From contig JBHLON010000012.1 of NCBI GenBank assembly GCA_048940445.1, forward strand, positions 1-64,000: a DNA stretch of 64,000 nt, in the 5' to 3' direction. Under the pieces are notes generated by a model that worked only from the letters and a program-made list of their open reading frames with translations, was not told the origin of the DNA and searched no databases. Of this stretch, positions 9,762 through 20,010 are shown piece by piece (the first letter of the stretch is position 1; each line of letters opens with the position of its first letter). A program made the position numbers and the translations under genes. Source of the DNA: Promethearchaeota archaeon (lineage in GTDB: Archaea > Asgardarchaeota > Lokiarchaeia > Sigyniarchaeales > SOKP01).

Positions 9762-10934
9762 GTGATCTTAATAAAAAAGACATATAAGATTATTTCTATA
9801 ATTTTACTAATCTTTATAATAGCCAGCGGCTTTTTGTTACCTTTAATCTTGGTTAAAAGTAACAATATTAAAAACATTGATATAAATTTAAATTTTGAGG
9901 GAGATAATGCTTTTCTTTATGTAAAAGATCAACTAGAAATAAACCAAACTTATTATAGGATTCCTGGTACTCAAGGTAGAGAGAAATGTGCTCAATACTT
10001 TATTGCTAAATTCCGAGAAATTGATGTTAATGTGACCTACTTGTTACACAATTTTACAGTTCATTCAGTTGATTGTCAAAATGTTTTATTCAAGTTCAAT
10101 GAGAATTATGCTAACATAATTATTTTAGCATCACATTACGACTCTAGAGCCAAGGCAACAAAGGATCCTGTTATAGGAAATCGAACAAAACCCGTTCCAG
10201 GAGCGAATGATGGTGCTAGTGGTTGCGGAGTATTAATTGAATTAGCCCAACTTCTATATTCTAGAAAAATCAATTTAAGCTGCCAAATCTGGTTTTTATT
10301 TCTCGATGCCGAAGATCAAGGTATCGATAACGCTGCCGGGATAGAAGGTTGGGATTGGTGCGAAGGATCAAAAGCCTTTGTAAACTCAATTAACTATTTT
10401 TATGATTCTTCAAAAGAGCATTTTGATTGTATGATCTTATTAGACATGGTTGGAGGGGAAAATCTCCAATTTATTAATGAACAGTATTCTACATCATCAC
10501 TTTTAAGTGAATTATTCGAAATTGGGAGGCAATTAGGATATACTACTCAATTTCCTACTAATGCATATTCAGCAAGTATTATTGACGATCATGTTGTTTT
10601 TGTAAACTATGGTATTCCCTCCGCAGATTTAATTATAAAATTCTGGAATAATCCTGATTGGCCATATCATCATACTACTAAAGATAATTTATCTAAGATA
10701 TCAAATATGAGTCTTGATATCACAGGAAAAACAATTGAGCAGTTTATTTATAACAATTATTATAATATTCCTTTTAATAACTATGAGGGTAATTACCCAT
10801 GGAAAGAAGATATTAATCAATTAGATACTGATCTCTTAATTTTTATAATAATTGTAATCGCTTCAATTGGAATACCAATTGTATTAATATTTTCAATAAA
10901 CTTGTTATATCGGAAAAAGAGGTTAAACAAGTAA
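9762..10934 (+). CDS. M28 family metallopeptidase/glutaminyl-cyclase-like protein with N- and C-terminal membrane segments
   Basis: SHYDSR, GANDGASG, DAEDQG, LLDMVG, DDH, YHHT..D. Confidence 0.88.
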   Translation: MILIKKTYKIISIILLIFIIASGFLLPLILVKSNNIKNIDINLNFEGDNAFLYVKDQLEINQTYYRIPGTQGREKCAQYFIAKFREIDVNVTYLLHNFTVHSVDCQNVLFKFNENYANIIILASHYDSRAKATKDPVIGNRTKPVPGANDGASGCGVLIELAQLLYSRKINLSCQIWFLFLDAEDQGIDNAAGIEGWDWCEGSKAFVNSINYFYDSSKEHFDCMILLDMVGGENLQFINEQYSTSSLLSELFEIGRQLGYTTQFPTNAYSASIIDDHVVFVNYGIPSADLIIKFWNNPDWPYHHTTKDNLSKISNMSLDITGKTIEQFIYNNYYNIPFNNYEGNYPWKEDINQLDTDLLIFIIIVIASIGIPIVLIFSINLLYRKKRLNK

Positions 10935-10943
10935 TTTATGTTT

Positions 10944-11762
10944 TTATATAAAAATAGCAAAAGCAAACAAAATCAAAATTATTGCAACAATTAATTGAAG
11001 ATATAATGTTGGAATTTTTTTTGAAAACTTGGCTCCGACAAGTCCCCCAAAAATAGAACCTATACCCATCAGTAGACCTAATTGTAATTCAATTACCCCA
11101 AAAATGAATTTAGTTAAAGAGTTATAAATTGCAGTGAAAAATACAATTGAGGTTGAGATTCCTGTAGCATAGTGAATCGGGAAACCTAAAATTAAATTTA
11201 AAGCTGGAGCTGCTATAACTCCTCCTCCTAGCCCCAATAAGTTTGAAACAAACCCTGCTAATAAAAAAAGTGGTAACGCCTTCTTTAGATTTGTCTTATA
11301 TTTATATTCCTTGAGAAAAGTATTCTCAATATCTAAACTATTCTTTACATTACTTTCAGGAGTGCGTATTGATACACTTTTATAAGCCATAAATACTCCA
11401 ATAATTACTAATGTGGTACCAAATAAAAATCTTAAAAGAATGTTATCAAATTGGATTAAAAGTACAAGTAAAGTGCTTATGAAGCATCCTATTATCGAGA
11501 ATCCACTGTATATTAAAGAAAGTTTCAAACTTGTACGTTTATCTTTTAAATATATGAAGAACCCTGCGGCAGAAGTTAATAGGATTATAAAATTAGATGT
11601 ATCAATTGAAGTTTTAATATGAATTAAAATAAATATAGTCATAAAACTCACGTAAAAAAGACCTCCTCCTTGACCACTAATAGTACTAAGTAAACCGAAT
11701 AGAAAACCAACGATTAATAAAATAATTATAATATCCCATGTAAAATTCATTATACATTCCAA
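10944..11762 (-). CDS. TauE/SafE (TSUP) family transporter
   Basis: Repeated G.GGG motifs (SGQGGG, LLGLGGG); about 8 TM segments. Confidence 0.88.
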   Translation of the reverse strand: MECIMNFTWDIIIILLIVGFLFGLLSTISGQGGGLFYVSFMTIFILIHIKTSIDTSNFIILLTSAAGFFIYLKDKRTSLKLSLIYSGFSIIGCFISTLLVLLIQFDNILLRFLFGTTLVIIGVFMAYKSVSIRTPESNVKNSLDIENTFLKEYKYKTNLKKALPLFLLAGFVSNLLGLGGGVIAAPALNLILGFPIHYATGISTSIVFFTAIYNSLTKFIFGVIELQLGLLMGIGSIFGGLVGAKFSKKIPTLYLQLIVAIILILFAFAIFI

Positions 11763-11805
11763 ATTATAAAATAAATTTGAATCTTCCGAAAAATGGTGAT
11801 TAGAT

Positions 11806-12012
11806 GTGGTGAAATATAAAGATTTATTGAAAATTAGTCACAACCTTATTTTTGATTTTTGCAAGGCAATAAATGATAATGATGAGTATCGTTAAGCAGC
11901 AAAAGGTTGGGAAGTAGGATTTGATGGATCCTTACTGTTGTTGATGGAAGCTTGTGGTGAGATTCAAGACGATGTTAAAATATACCTTGATCTTAAGTAT
12001 GGTAAACACTAA
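11806..12012 (+). pseudogene. Disrupted, truncated SCP2 (sterol carrier protein 2)-family gene
   Basis: GGTGA RBS, GTG start, ...FCKAINDNDEYR*AAKGWEVGFDGSLLLLMEACGEIQDDVKIYLDLKYGKH*; in-frame TAA at 11893 and no C-terminal half; resembles the archaeal SCP2 pattern N...Y..AAKGW...LYLDL..G. Confidence 0.65.
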
Positions 12013-12072
12013 TGTATAAAATTTTAGGAAATTACTTACTGAATATAAATTAGATTAAAAAAGCAATAATTA

Positions 12073-12696
12073 TTATTTTTTTAATCCTAAAATAGCACGA
12101 TGTTTTGTTTTATCGATATACACTTTTAATATCTCAAAAGATTTAAAAATTTCATAAATTTCTTCTATTGTGAAGAAATGATGATACAACCCTTTTTCTG
12201 GGCCAGATAAAGGAATAAACGTTCCTTTCTCTATTTCCTTTAATTCCCACTTATCAATTTTAGTTCCACCATTTAATATGGGAAAGGTAACAAATATGAA
12301 TCCTCCTTTTCTTAAAATCCTCTCAATTTCTTTTACCGTAAATAAGATATCTTTCATGAGATTATGATGAATTACTTGAGTAGAAATAATGGCGTCAAAG
12401 AAGTCATTTTCAAAAGGTAAGGACTTTTCTATACTATGTTGAATTAATTTTGCAGTTAATTTTTCCTCACTCAACCACTGGTGAGCAATTTCCAAACCCT
12501 TAGGTGAAGCATCTAACCCATAAACATCAAAACCATGTTTAGAGAAGTAAATTACATGTCTTCCCGTGCCACATCCAAGATCAAGTATTTTCTTGCAATT
12601 GTTTTTATAAAAAAGGGTTCTTATTTCTTCCATATCTGGATGTGGCTCTAAGAATGTTTTGCCATTCTTAGTAAAAATAGAGTTCCAAATGTTCAT
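12073..12696 (-). CDS. Class I SAM-dependent methyltransferase
   Basis: ILDLGCGTGRH, LPFENDFFDAIIS..VIHH, RILRKGG. Confidence 0.9.
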   Translation of the reverse strand: MNIWNSIFTKNGKTFLEPHPDMEEIRTLFYKNNCKKILDLGCGTGRHVIYFSKHGFDVYGLDASPKGLEIAHQWLSEEKLTAKLIQHSIEKSLPFENDFFDAIISTQVIHHNLMKDILFTVKEIERILRKGGFIFVTFPILNGGTKIDKWELKEIEKGTFIPLSGPEKGLYHHFFTIEEIYEIFKSFEILKVYIDKTKHRAILGLKK

Positions 12697-12747
12697 AATG
12701 ATTTACCTTTTATAATTATACATTATAATTTAGTCAAAATTTAACTA

Positions 12748-13740
12748 CTATTTGGTTTTACGATTTTTTAGTTCGTCCCAACATTCCCACATATAGTGTC
12801 CATACTTTAATTTGAATTCTTCAGCAAATTCATTTGTTCTTGGTCTAATAAATTCATAGCCATTCTGAATGCATTCATATGTTACTGGAAGTGGTCCTAA
12901 TATTTCACCATCTACCTGACTGAAGTACGAGTCACCTTGGTGAGTTCTCATTTCAACTCTCACTTTCTGGCTCCGAAATTCTTTCACATTTGGATGTGGA
13001 AGAAGAGAAGCAGAATACATCTTCCTAAATTGTCTAGCTAATTGAATTTTATCAATATTAACTATGCTTATATCAAAAAGGCCATCATTAACGTTAGCTC
13101 TTTGGCAGATAAACATTCCTCCTCCATATGCTCCAGAAAGTCCTACAGCTGCTAGATTTGCTTCTCCTTCATAAGTGTCATTGTCCATTGTAACAATTAT
13201 TTCTTTATTTTCCCATGATTTTAATGCACTCAGAATTATCATATTATAGTCTTTTTCTTTATTTTCATTTGATAATCTTGCAACCTCAGAGTCAAATCCC
13301 TGAGATCCTATTCCAAGGAAGTATCTTTCTACTCCAGCATCAGTTCTGGCAAATCCGATATCACATTTACTTGAATGACCTTCTGCAATAATTTCGCATG
13401 CCCTTTTAATATCTGCTTTATATCCTACTCCCGCGGCAATATCATTTCCTGAACCCATTGGAATAAATCCACATAGAGCTCCTGAATTTGAACTTATTGT
13501 TCCATGCAGTACTTCATTTGCTGTTCCATCTCCACCTGCTGCAATTACTCTAAAACCATCTTTAGCAAGACTTCTAGCTAACTCGATTGCATGACCTTGA
13601 TATGCCGTTGCATACAGCTTATATGAAACATTTAAAGCATCTAAATACTGAGTCACCAGTTCAATATCCTTTGCCACTTTTCCCTTATTTGCGATGGGAT
13701 TATAAATAATTGCGTGATCTTCTTCCATAAAAGATTTCAA
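12748..13740 (-). CDS. Diacylglycerol/lipid kinase family protein (YegS/DagK-like)
   Basis: IYNP, AAGGDGT.NEV, IPMGSGND, YGGG, DGLFD, QVDGE. Confidence 0.92.
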   Translation of the reverse strand: MKSFMEEDHAIIYNPIANKGKVAKDIELVTQYLDALNVSYKLYATAYQGHAIELARSLAKDGFRVIAAGGDGTANEVLHGTISSNSGALCGFIPMGSGNDIAAGVGYKADIKRACEIIAEGHSSKCDIGFARTDAGVERYFLGIGSQGFDSEVARLSNENKEKDYNMIILSALKSWENKEIIVTMDNDTYEGEANLAAVGLSGAYGGGMFICQRANVNDGLFDISIVNIDKIQLARQFRKMYSASLLPHPNVKEFRSQKVRVEMRTHQGDSYFSQVDGEILGPLPVTYECIQNGYEFIRPRTNEFAEEFKLKYGHYMWECWDELKNRKTK

Positions 13741-13858
13741 TATTTAATGTTTAGAGATTATGAATTTAAATTGTAATATACTTTTAAATATCCAGCTATT
13801 TAAAATTTTATTCAAAATAAGTTAAGATAATAGATCCTGATAATTTAATATGGATACC

Positions 13859-14386
13859 TTATTCCTCTCTCCATTGACAACCACAGCCGCTGCATGAGTA
13901 CTTTTTCCCATAGACACGCGGATAATGACTTATAATATAGTTTTTATCTATAGTTTCATGAATCTTGAACCAACTTTCATCACCACAAATAGGACAAATT
14001 CGACGTCCATTCGGTTTAGGGAGTCTAAGAACTTCTCCAGAATACTTAAGCATCGGCTTATGTGTTATTGATTTTATGACATTTTTTTTTTGTATAAAGT
14101 TTTTAATGACTGGTTCCATCTGTTCAGAAACAGATTTCTCTTTCTTGGATGGTTCTTGAATATGTTCTTCTTTGGTATCTTCAATAACTTTGATATAACT
14201 TTTAGCAATAGCATTTATTTCATTCTTTTCAGGTAACCGATGATACTCTTCCTGAAAATTTTCAATGAAATGTTCTACATATACCTTATCGATATCAAAA
14301 CCTCTATCTTCTACTTCTTTAATGATATTATTAATAATATAATCCTTTAAAACAGGATTCTCTAATAGCAAACTATTCGACCTCAA
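13859..14386 (-). CDS. Hypothetical protein with C-terminal Zn ribbon
   Basis: CPICG...CSGCGCQW at the C-terminus. Confidence 0.65.
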   Translation of the reverse strand: MRSNSLLLENPVLKDYIINNIIKEVEDRGFDIDKVYVEHFIENFQEEYHRLPEKNEINAIAKSYIKVIEDTKEEHIQEPSKKEKSVSEQMEPVIKNFIQKKNVIKSITHKPMLKYSGEVLRLPKPNGRRICPICGDESWFKIHETIDKNYIISHYPRVYGKKYSCSGCGCQWREE

Positions 14387-14617
14387 CCTAAGAGAGTATT
14401 AATCTAATCGATCTATTAATATCTTAAGATTAAGATGTTATTATATAAAACATTTTCTTCCTTTGATCAAACAACTTTTTGATCTTTTTTATATTCAAAT
14501 AAATATATAACTCAATAATTGCTATGAATTAAATTTAAGTCAGAATGGATTCTTTTAAACAAAATTTATATTTCAAAGTTTATTTATTTAGACAAAAGAA
14601 AAGAAGATATTTGCAAT

Positions 14618-15241
14618 ATGAAAGAGAATGGTCCAAAACTGAGTTCTGAGAAAGAAAAGAAAAAAGTATCCAAGAAAAAAGTTATAATCGCTATAAGTAT
14701 GATTGCTCTTGCTTTTTTCGGCTCATTTTTACTTTATTTCATATTGCAAATTTCTTTAAATACTGAGACTCCTGTTGTTGTTGTAGTATCTGGCTCAATG
14801 AAACCAACTTTAAATGAAGGGGATTTGCTTTTTGTAAAAGGAGTAGATCCCTCAGCTATTAGAAATGGAACAGCTGAAGATAAAAATGGAGATATTATTG
14901 TATTTGACGCTCACGGTGTTTGGCCTTTTCCTCCTAGTGATCCGGTTGTTCACCGCGTTATTAACAAAAATTATACACAGGGTCATTGGGAATTTCTAAC
15001 AAAAGGAGATAATAATGCTATGCCGGATTGTTGTTGGGTTCCTGATTATAAAGTTTATGGAATTGTAGTTGGGGGCATACCTTATATTGGGTGGATAAAG
15101 ATAATACTTGCAGACTCAGGTTTATTAATTCCGCTACTTGTTATTATTTCTGCCATATTAATTGTAAGCATAATATGGGACTTAGTAAAAGAAGGTAAGG
15201 AGAAAGAGAAAAAAGAGAATCACATAGAAAATTTAGAGTAA
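14618..15241 (+). CDS. sec11: Signal peptidase I, archaeal/ER type (S26B)
   Basis: TM, VVSGSM.PTL..GDL, GDIIVF, VVHRV, TKGDNN. Confidence 0.93.
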   Translation: MKENGPKLSSEKEKKKVSKKKVIIAISMIALAFFGSFLLYFILQISLNTETPVVVVVSGSMKPTLNEGDLLFVKGVDPSAIRNGTAEDKNGDIIVFDAHGVWPFPPSDPVVHRVINKNYTQGHWEFLTKGDNNAMPDCCWVPDYKVYGIVVGGIPYIGWIKIILADSGLLIPLLVIISAILIVSIIWDLVKEGKEKEKKENHIENLE

Positions 15242-15434
15242 GATGACCTCCAAAGTTCTTTTTTTATTTTATTTAAATTTCTAGTTATCTGTATTAAAGG
15301 CATAATAAGATTTTTATGAAATCAAATATTCAAAAAAAATGTTATTACTCGTAATTGTATTTATTACGATAGTACATGAGAACATACAAACAAAAAAACA
15401 AGTTATATAACAAAAAAACATAGAGGTTTTAAAC

Positions 15435-15716
15435 ATGTCTAAAAAAGAAGAAAACGCTGTGTTCGTGGGCCGTCGCCCTACCATGAACTATGTAATGGCG
15501 ACTATGATGATCCTTAACAAAGGTGAGGAATGCACCGTTAAGGCCCGTGGAAGAGCAATCTCTCATGCAGTAGATGTGTGTGAGATTTTAAGAAACAGAT
15601 TTCTAAAAGGCACAATATACAAAGATATTAAGCTCTCCACTGAACAATTAGAAGGTGAAAATGGTCAAAATAATAATGTCTCAAGTATTGAGATCGTTTT
15701 AGCACCTCCAAAGTAA
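15435..15716 (+). CDS. albA: Alba chromatin/RNA-binding protein
   Basis: VFVGRRPTMNYV, VKARGRAISHAVDV.EI.RNRF, VSSIEIVL. Confidence 0.96.
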   Translation: MSKKEENAVFVGRRPTMNYVMATMMILNKGEECTVKARGRAISHAVDVCEILRNRFLKGTIYKDIKLSTEQLEGENGQNNNVSSIEIVLAPPK

Positions 15717-15987
15717 ACCTATAGAGAAAAAATTTCTCTTCAGTAATACTAAGAAACATCAATCTCTCTTTTTTTTATTTTTTGTCTTAAGACTTTTGTT
15801 GAAGTTTAATCTCTTCTTGAGAATAGAGAATGTAAATTTTAAAACTTCAATACTCTTATTTCTTTAAAAATGAGAGTAATGATATATTATTAAGAAAATA
15901 ATATACAAATTTAAAGATTTTAAACAGATCTTATTGTATACGGAATTAAAAGATGATTAGAAAATTATAGAATTTTAAAATTTTAAA

Positions 15988-17118
15988 ATGAAAAAGACTG
16001 AAAATTTATCAGCACTTCTGGAATGTGTAAATTTTATTCAAAATAATAAAAAAGATATTAAAAATGAAGACTCTGCTTTAACTATTGAAGAAGGTGAAGC
16101 CTCTTTTGTTATCTCAGATGACAATATATTTCCAATTCCTGAAATTGAAAAAAACAGAAACTTAGGATTTGTGGATGGTGGAACTGAACCAATTATAATA
16201 GGTTCTGATTTTAGTATTAGTATTTGTAGAGTAGCAGGGATTATTATAAACACTGAAAACGTTATAACCCCTAAAAAAATTCCTTTAGTTATTGAGTTTT
16301 ATTCTGCTACTATTTCAGAAAAAAAAAATAATGGTTTAACCTTTAGAACTCGAATTTTTTCAAGAGAAAATAATCATAAAACCTATTTACCTCAAAAGGA
16401 TATAGAAATCTCTTATAAGGATCCTTCAATTAGAATGCAAGGGAAGTTTTTAATGCCAATAGAAAATCACGGTGGAATTGCTATGCGTTTTGCTGAATGG
16501 ACGTATGCAAAGCATTTTATCCTAAATGAACTAAGTAATGAGGATATTTTTATTCGTGATGGATCATTACAAACTGGTTATCCCGATGAGATTGAATTAG
16601 CTAAAAGTGTTTATTCTACAGGATTGAAAAAAAATGTCTATATTACAGGGTTATCAAAATCATGTAGATTATATCTAAAAAAAAGTGGTGGTTCATTAAA
16701 TTCATATGTTAATTCAATTGGTAATTCTAAATATCCTAAAATTAATTGGTATTATTATCCTACCATGAAATTGACCAAAGTTGATAATCAAGCAGATCTT
16801 TTTTTTGTAAGATTAAATAAAGATTCACCTTATTCTTTTCGATTTGATATTTATATAGAACAGTCAAATACATTAAATAAACAAAAAAGAGAAGATATTA
16901 TCTCAAATATAGCTAATAATTCAAACGATCCTTTATTCTTAGGATATCCTTATGGATTGATTAAGGCTGATCAACTAGCAAGAATCTCAAAAAAAGAAAT
17001 AGAATCTTACAAAATTCAATTATTAGCAGAATTTGATAAAGAAATATATAATAAATTTATTTTACCGCGTCTATGGTCTGTAGATGCTCATGATATATTA
17101 AATAAAATAAGAAAATAA
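15988..17118 (+). CDS. nurA: NurA 5'-3' nuclease
   Basis: [34 protein letters not shown]; adjacent to herA/mre11/rad50. Confidence 0.88.
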   Translation: MKKTENLSALLECVNFIQNNKKDIKNEDSALTIEEGEASFVISDDNIFPIPEIEKNRNLGFVDGGTEPIIIGSDFSISICRVAGIIINTENVITPKKIPLVIEFYSATISEKKNNGLTFRTRIFSRENNHKTYLPQKDIEISYKDPSIRMQGKFLMPIENHGGIAMRFAEWTYAKHFILNELSNEDIFIRDGSLQTGYPDEIELAKSVYSTGLKKNVYITGLSKSCRLYLKKSGGSLNSYVNSIGNSKYPKINWYYYPTMKLTKVDNQADLFFVRLNKDSPYSFRFDIYIEQSNTLNKQKREDIISNIANNSNDPLFLGYPYGLIKADQLARISKKEIESYKIQLLAEFDKEIYNKFILPRLWSVDAHDILNKIRK

Positions 17119-17122
17119 AAAA

Positions 17123-18700
17123 GTGGATAATATGACAAAATTGGGGAAAAAAATAGGAAGTTTTGTTTCTGGATCTTTCGTTAAGCTTATCTTAAGGCAA
17201 AAATCTAATGAAGAATTTGAATTAGGCCAACTATTTGTAGCTGGTAGAGATATAAGCGATTATTCTATATATCAGATAAAGGATCTTTACTATGGAAGCC
17301 AGATACCAGATAATTCTCTTGAATTAATTGCAGGATATGGTTTAGAAAGAGAAGATATCGATTTAAAAATTTACGAACCTGAATTAAGAAATTATGTTCT
17401 AGCTCAGGCAAAACCACTTATAAAAGTGAAAAATCTCCAACTATTTTTACCAAAAAAACTCCCACAATTTTTTGGAAATCTTTTTGAGATTGAAGAAAAA
17501 CATTTACAATTTTTTAAAGAGAAAAAATTTGATGATCCCATTACTTTAGGGAAGGTTCGTTCAGGTTCTAAAATACTAGATATAGATGTCAATGTTAGTG
17601 CTTCTGAAGTAATACGCCATCATGTGTTAATTCCTGCTACTACTGGAAGAGGTAAATCGAACTTAGTGAAAGTCATTTTATATAACATAGTAGAGAACTT
17701 ATCTTGCGGAAAATTAGTGTTTGATCCTCATAATGAGTATTATGGCACACCAAAAATAAAAGGTCTTAAGGACCATCCTAAAAGCTCTGATTATGTTATA
17801 TATTATACTTTGAGAGATATTCAAAGAAAATTAGATTTAAAATTTAATGTTCAATATCTGTATCCAAGTCATGTTTTAGGTAGTATTGATTTATCCCAAC
17901 CGCAAAGCGATGCTTTAATAACTTACTTTAGAAAATTTAAGAAAGAATGGATTCAAAAGATTTTTGACGAGAACATTGAGTATAATAAATTTGGCATAAA
18001 AGACACTACAATCGACGTTCTAAGAAGAAAATTGACTCTTTTATTAGATTTAGATTTTGATGATGAAGGAAATATTATTGAAAAAGGCATATTTTCTCTA
18101 AGCGGTTATGAATCTACAATAGAAGATATTATTAATTTCTTGATTAATGGAAAAACAGTGATTATTGATAGTTCATTGTTTTCTGGAAATGAAGAAATTT
18201 TTATTGCTACAATTATAGTTGAGAGCATTTTCAATCGATATAAACACTATAAATTTAAAGATGAGTTAGAGGATAAGCCTGTTATAGCTATAATACTTGA
18301 AGAGGCTCCTCGAGTCATAGGAATTAAAGCATTAGAAGTTAGAGAGAACGTTTTTGGAAAAATAGCAAGGGAAGGGAGAAAGTTTAAGATAGGTTTAGTT
18401 GGAATTACTCAACTACCCAGTTTAATTCCTCGTGAAATTCTTGCCAATATGAATACAAAAATAATTTTAGGTAATGAAATGGGTCCAGAGAGGCGGGTAT
18501 TAATAGAAGGTTCAGCTCAAGATTTATCTGATGACAGTCAAACAATCGCAAGTTTAGATATTGGTGAAGCAATCGTGACTTCTAACTTTACAAAGTTTGC
18601 AATTCCTATAAAAATCCCTCTATTTGATGACTTGATAAAGAATACTTTACATTCTGAAAAGAAAATAAAGAAAGTATCTCCAGGATTTTCATTAGAATAA
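17123..18700 (+). CDS. herA: HerA helicase/translocase
   Basis: [41 protein letters not shown]. Confidence 0.92.
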   Translation: MDNMTKLGKKIGSFVSGSFVKLILRQKSNEEFELGQLFVAGRDISDYSIYQIKDLYYGSQIPDNSLELIAGYGLEREDIDLKIYEPELRNYVLAQAKPLIKVKNLQLFLPKKLPQFFGNLFEIEEKHLQFFKEKKFDDPITLGKVRSGSKILDIDVNVSASEVIRHHVLIPATTGRGKSNLVKVILYNIVENLSCGKLVFDPHNEYYGTPKIKGLKDHPKSSDYVIYYTLRDIQRKLDLKFNVQYLYPSHVLGSIDLSQPQSDALITYFRKFKKEWIQKIFDENIEYNKFGIKDTTIDVLRRKLTLLLDLDFDDEGNIIEKGIFSLSGYESTIEDIINFLINGKTVIIDSSLFSGNEEIFIATIIVESIFNRYKHYKFKDELEDKPVIAIILEEAPRVIGIKALEVRENVFGKIAREGRKFKIGLVGITQLPSLIPREILANMNTKIILGNEMGPERRVLIEGSAQDLSDDSQTIASLDIGEAIVTSNFTKFAIPIKIPLFDDLIKNTLHSEKKIKKVSPGFSLE

Positions 18701-18702
18701 TT

Positions 18703-20010
18703 TTGAAAAAAGGTGTAATAAGTATGAAAGTTAAATTTGCTCATTTATCTGATTGCCATTTAGGTGCTTGGAGAAATGAGAGACTTAATGTGCTTGGATA
18801 TAAAGCTTTTGAAGAAGCAACTAGTATAATAATCAAAGAAAAAGTTGATTTTGTGATAATTAGTGGAGATTTATTTGATGTTAGCAATCCAAAAGTTGAC
18901 GTTATAGACTTAGCCGTTAGGGAATTAAAAAAGTTAAAAGACAATGACATACCTGTTTACGGCATCATGGGTTCACATGACTATTCACCCTCAAATAAAT
19001 CTATGATTCGGCCTTTAATAACCGCTGGCCTTTTTATAAATGTATTTGATGGAAAAGCATTTGATGATAAATTAAAATTATTTTTTACACAAGATCCAAA
19101 AACTAAAATAAAGTTAACAGGATTGAGAGCGAGAAAGAGAAGCTTAGAAATTGAAGATTATGAAAGGTTAGATAAGCAAAATTTAGAAAATGAACCTGGA
19201 ATTAAGATTTTTGTTTTTCATACAATGTTAAATGAATTAAAACCAATCGAATTTAAGCAGATGGAATCTACTCCTAAATCTGGTTTGCCTAAAAATTTTC
19301 ATTATTATGCTGGTGGGCATCTTCATAAAACTGTACCGCATAAGTTAAGAGAAAATGATAATATAATTAAAATTTCTGATAAAAACAACATAGTTTATCC
19401 AGGTGCCCTAAGTTTGACTGATTTTAGAGAAATTGAGAAATATAAATATGGTGGATTTTGTATAATTTCGGGAGAAATAGATCATGATGTGTGTAACTTT
19501 AATGTTAGATTTATCCCTTTAAAAATAAAAGAAGTGATTACACTTGATCTTAATTGTGAGAATAAGACTTCTTTACAAGTTCAAAATATTCTTAAAGAGA
19601 AGCTTGAGACCCTTAATGTTCAAGACAAAATTGTAACCTTACGAATTCATGGAGCTTTATCTTCTGGAAAAAGCTATGAAGTTAAGACTAATAGTTTTAT
19701 TCGTTATTTAAGACAAAAAGGCGCTTATGAAATTTTAATTAATAAATTCTCACTCTCCTCAAAAGAATATACGTCAATAAAGGTTCCAACGGGAAAAACA
19801 AATGAAGAGATTGAGGAAGTCTTTATTCACGAACATGCTCAAACCACAAATATTAAAAATATCAGGAAAAAAGACCTTGAGAATAGGATTCATCAACTCC
19901 TAACTGCAATTGGAGAAGAAAGAGAAGAAGGCATGAAAGTAAAAGATTATAATGAACTTTTGATAACTAACTTTAAAAGAATTTTTCAGATAAATGAAAA
20001 AAAGGAATGA
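18703..20010 (+). CDS. mre11: Mre11 nuclease (start probably ATG 18724)
   Basis: HLSDCHLG, SGDLFD, GSHD, FH, YAGGHLH, YPG. Confidence 0.93.
   Translation: MKKGVISMKVKFAHLSDCHLGAWRNERLNVLGYKAFEEATSIIIKEKVDFVIISGDLFDVSNPKVDVIDLAVRELKKLKDNDIPVYGIMGSHDYSPSNKSMIRPLITAGLFINVFDGKAFDDKLKLFFTQDPKTKIKLTGLRARKRSLEIEDYERLDKQNLENEPGIKIFVFHTMLNELKPIEFKQMESTPKSGLPKNFHYYAGGHLHKTVPHKLRENDNIIKISDKNNIVYPGALSLTDFREIEKYKYGGFCIISGEIDHDVCNFNVRFIPLKIKEVITLDLNCENKTSLQVQNILKEKLETLNVQDKIVTLRIHGALSSGKSYEVKTNSFIRYLRQKGAYEILINKFSLSSKEYTSIKVPTGKTNEEIEEVFIHEHAQTTNIKNIRKKDLENRIHQLLTAIGEEREEGMKVKDYNELLITNFKRIFQINEKKE

Noticed and set aside
15380-15420. Direct repeat ACAAAAAAACA upstream of alba
   Set aside because: Low-complexity, two copies; expected in this AT-rich background.
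15988-18700. NurA-HerA as an anti-phage system
   Set aside because: Contiguous with mre11 and rad50, i.e. the housekeeping resection operon.
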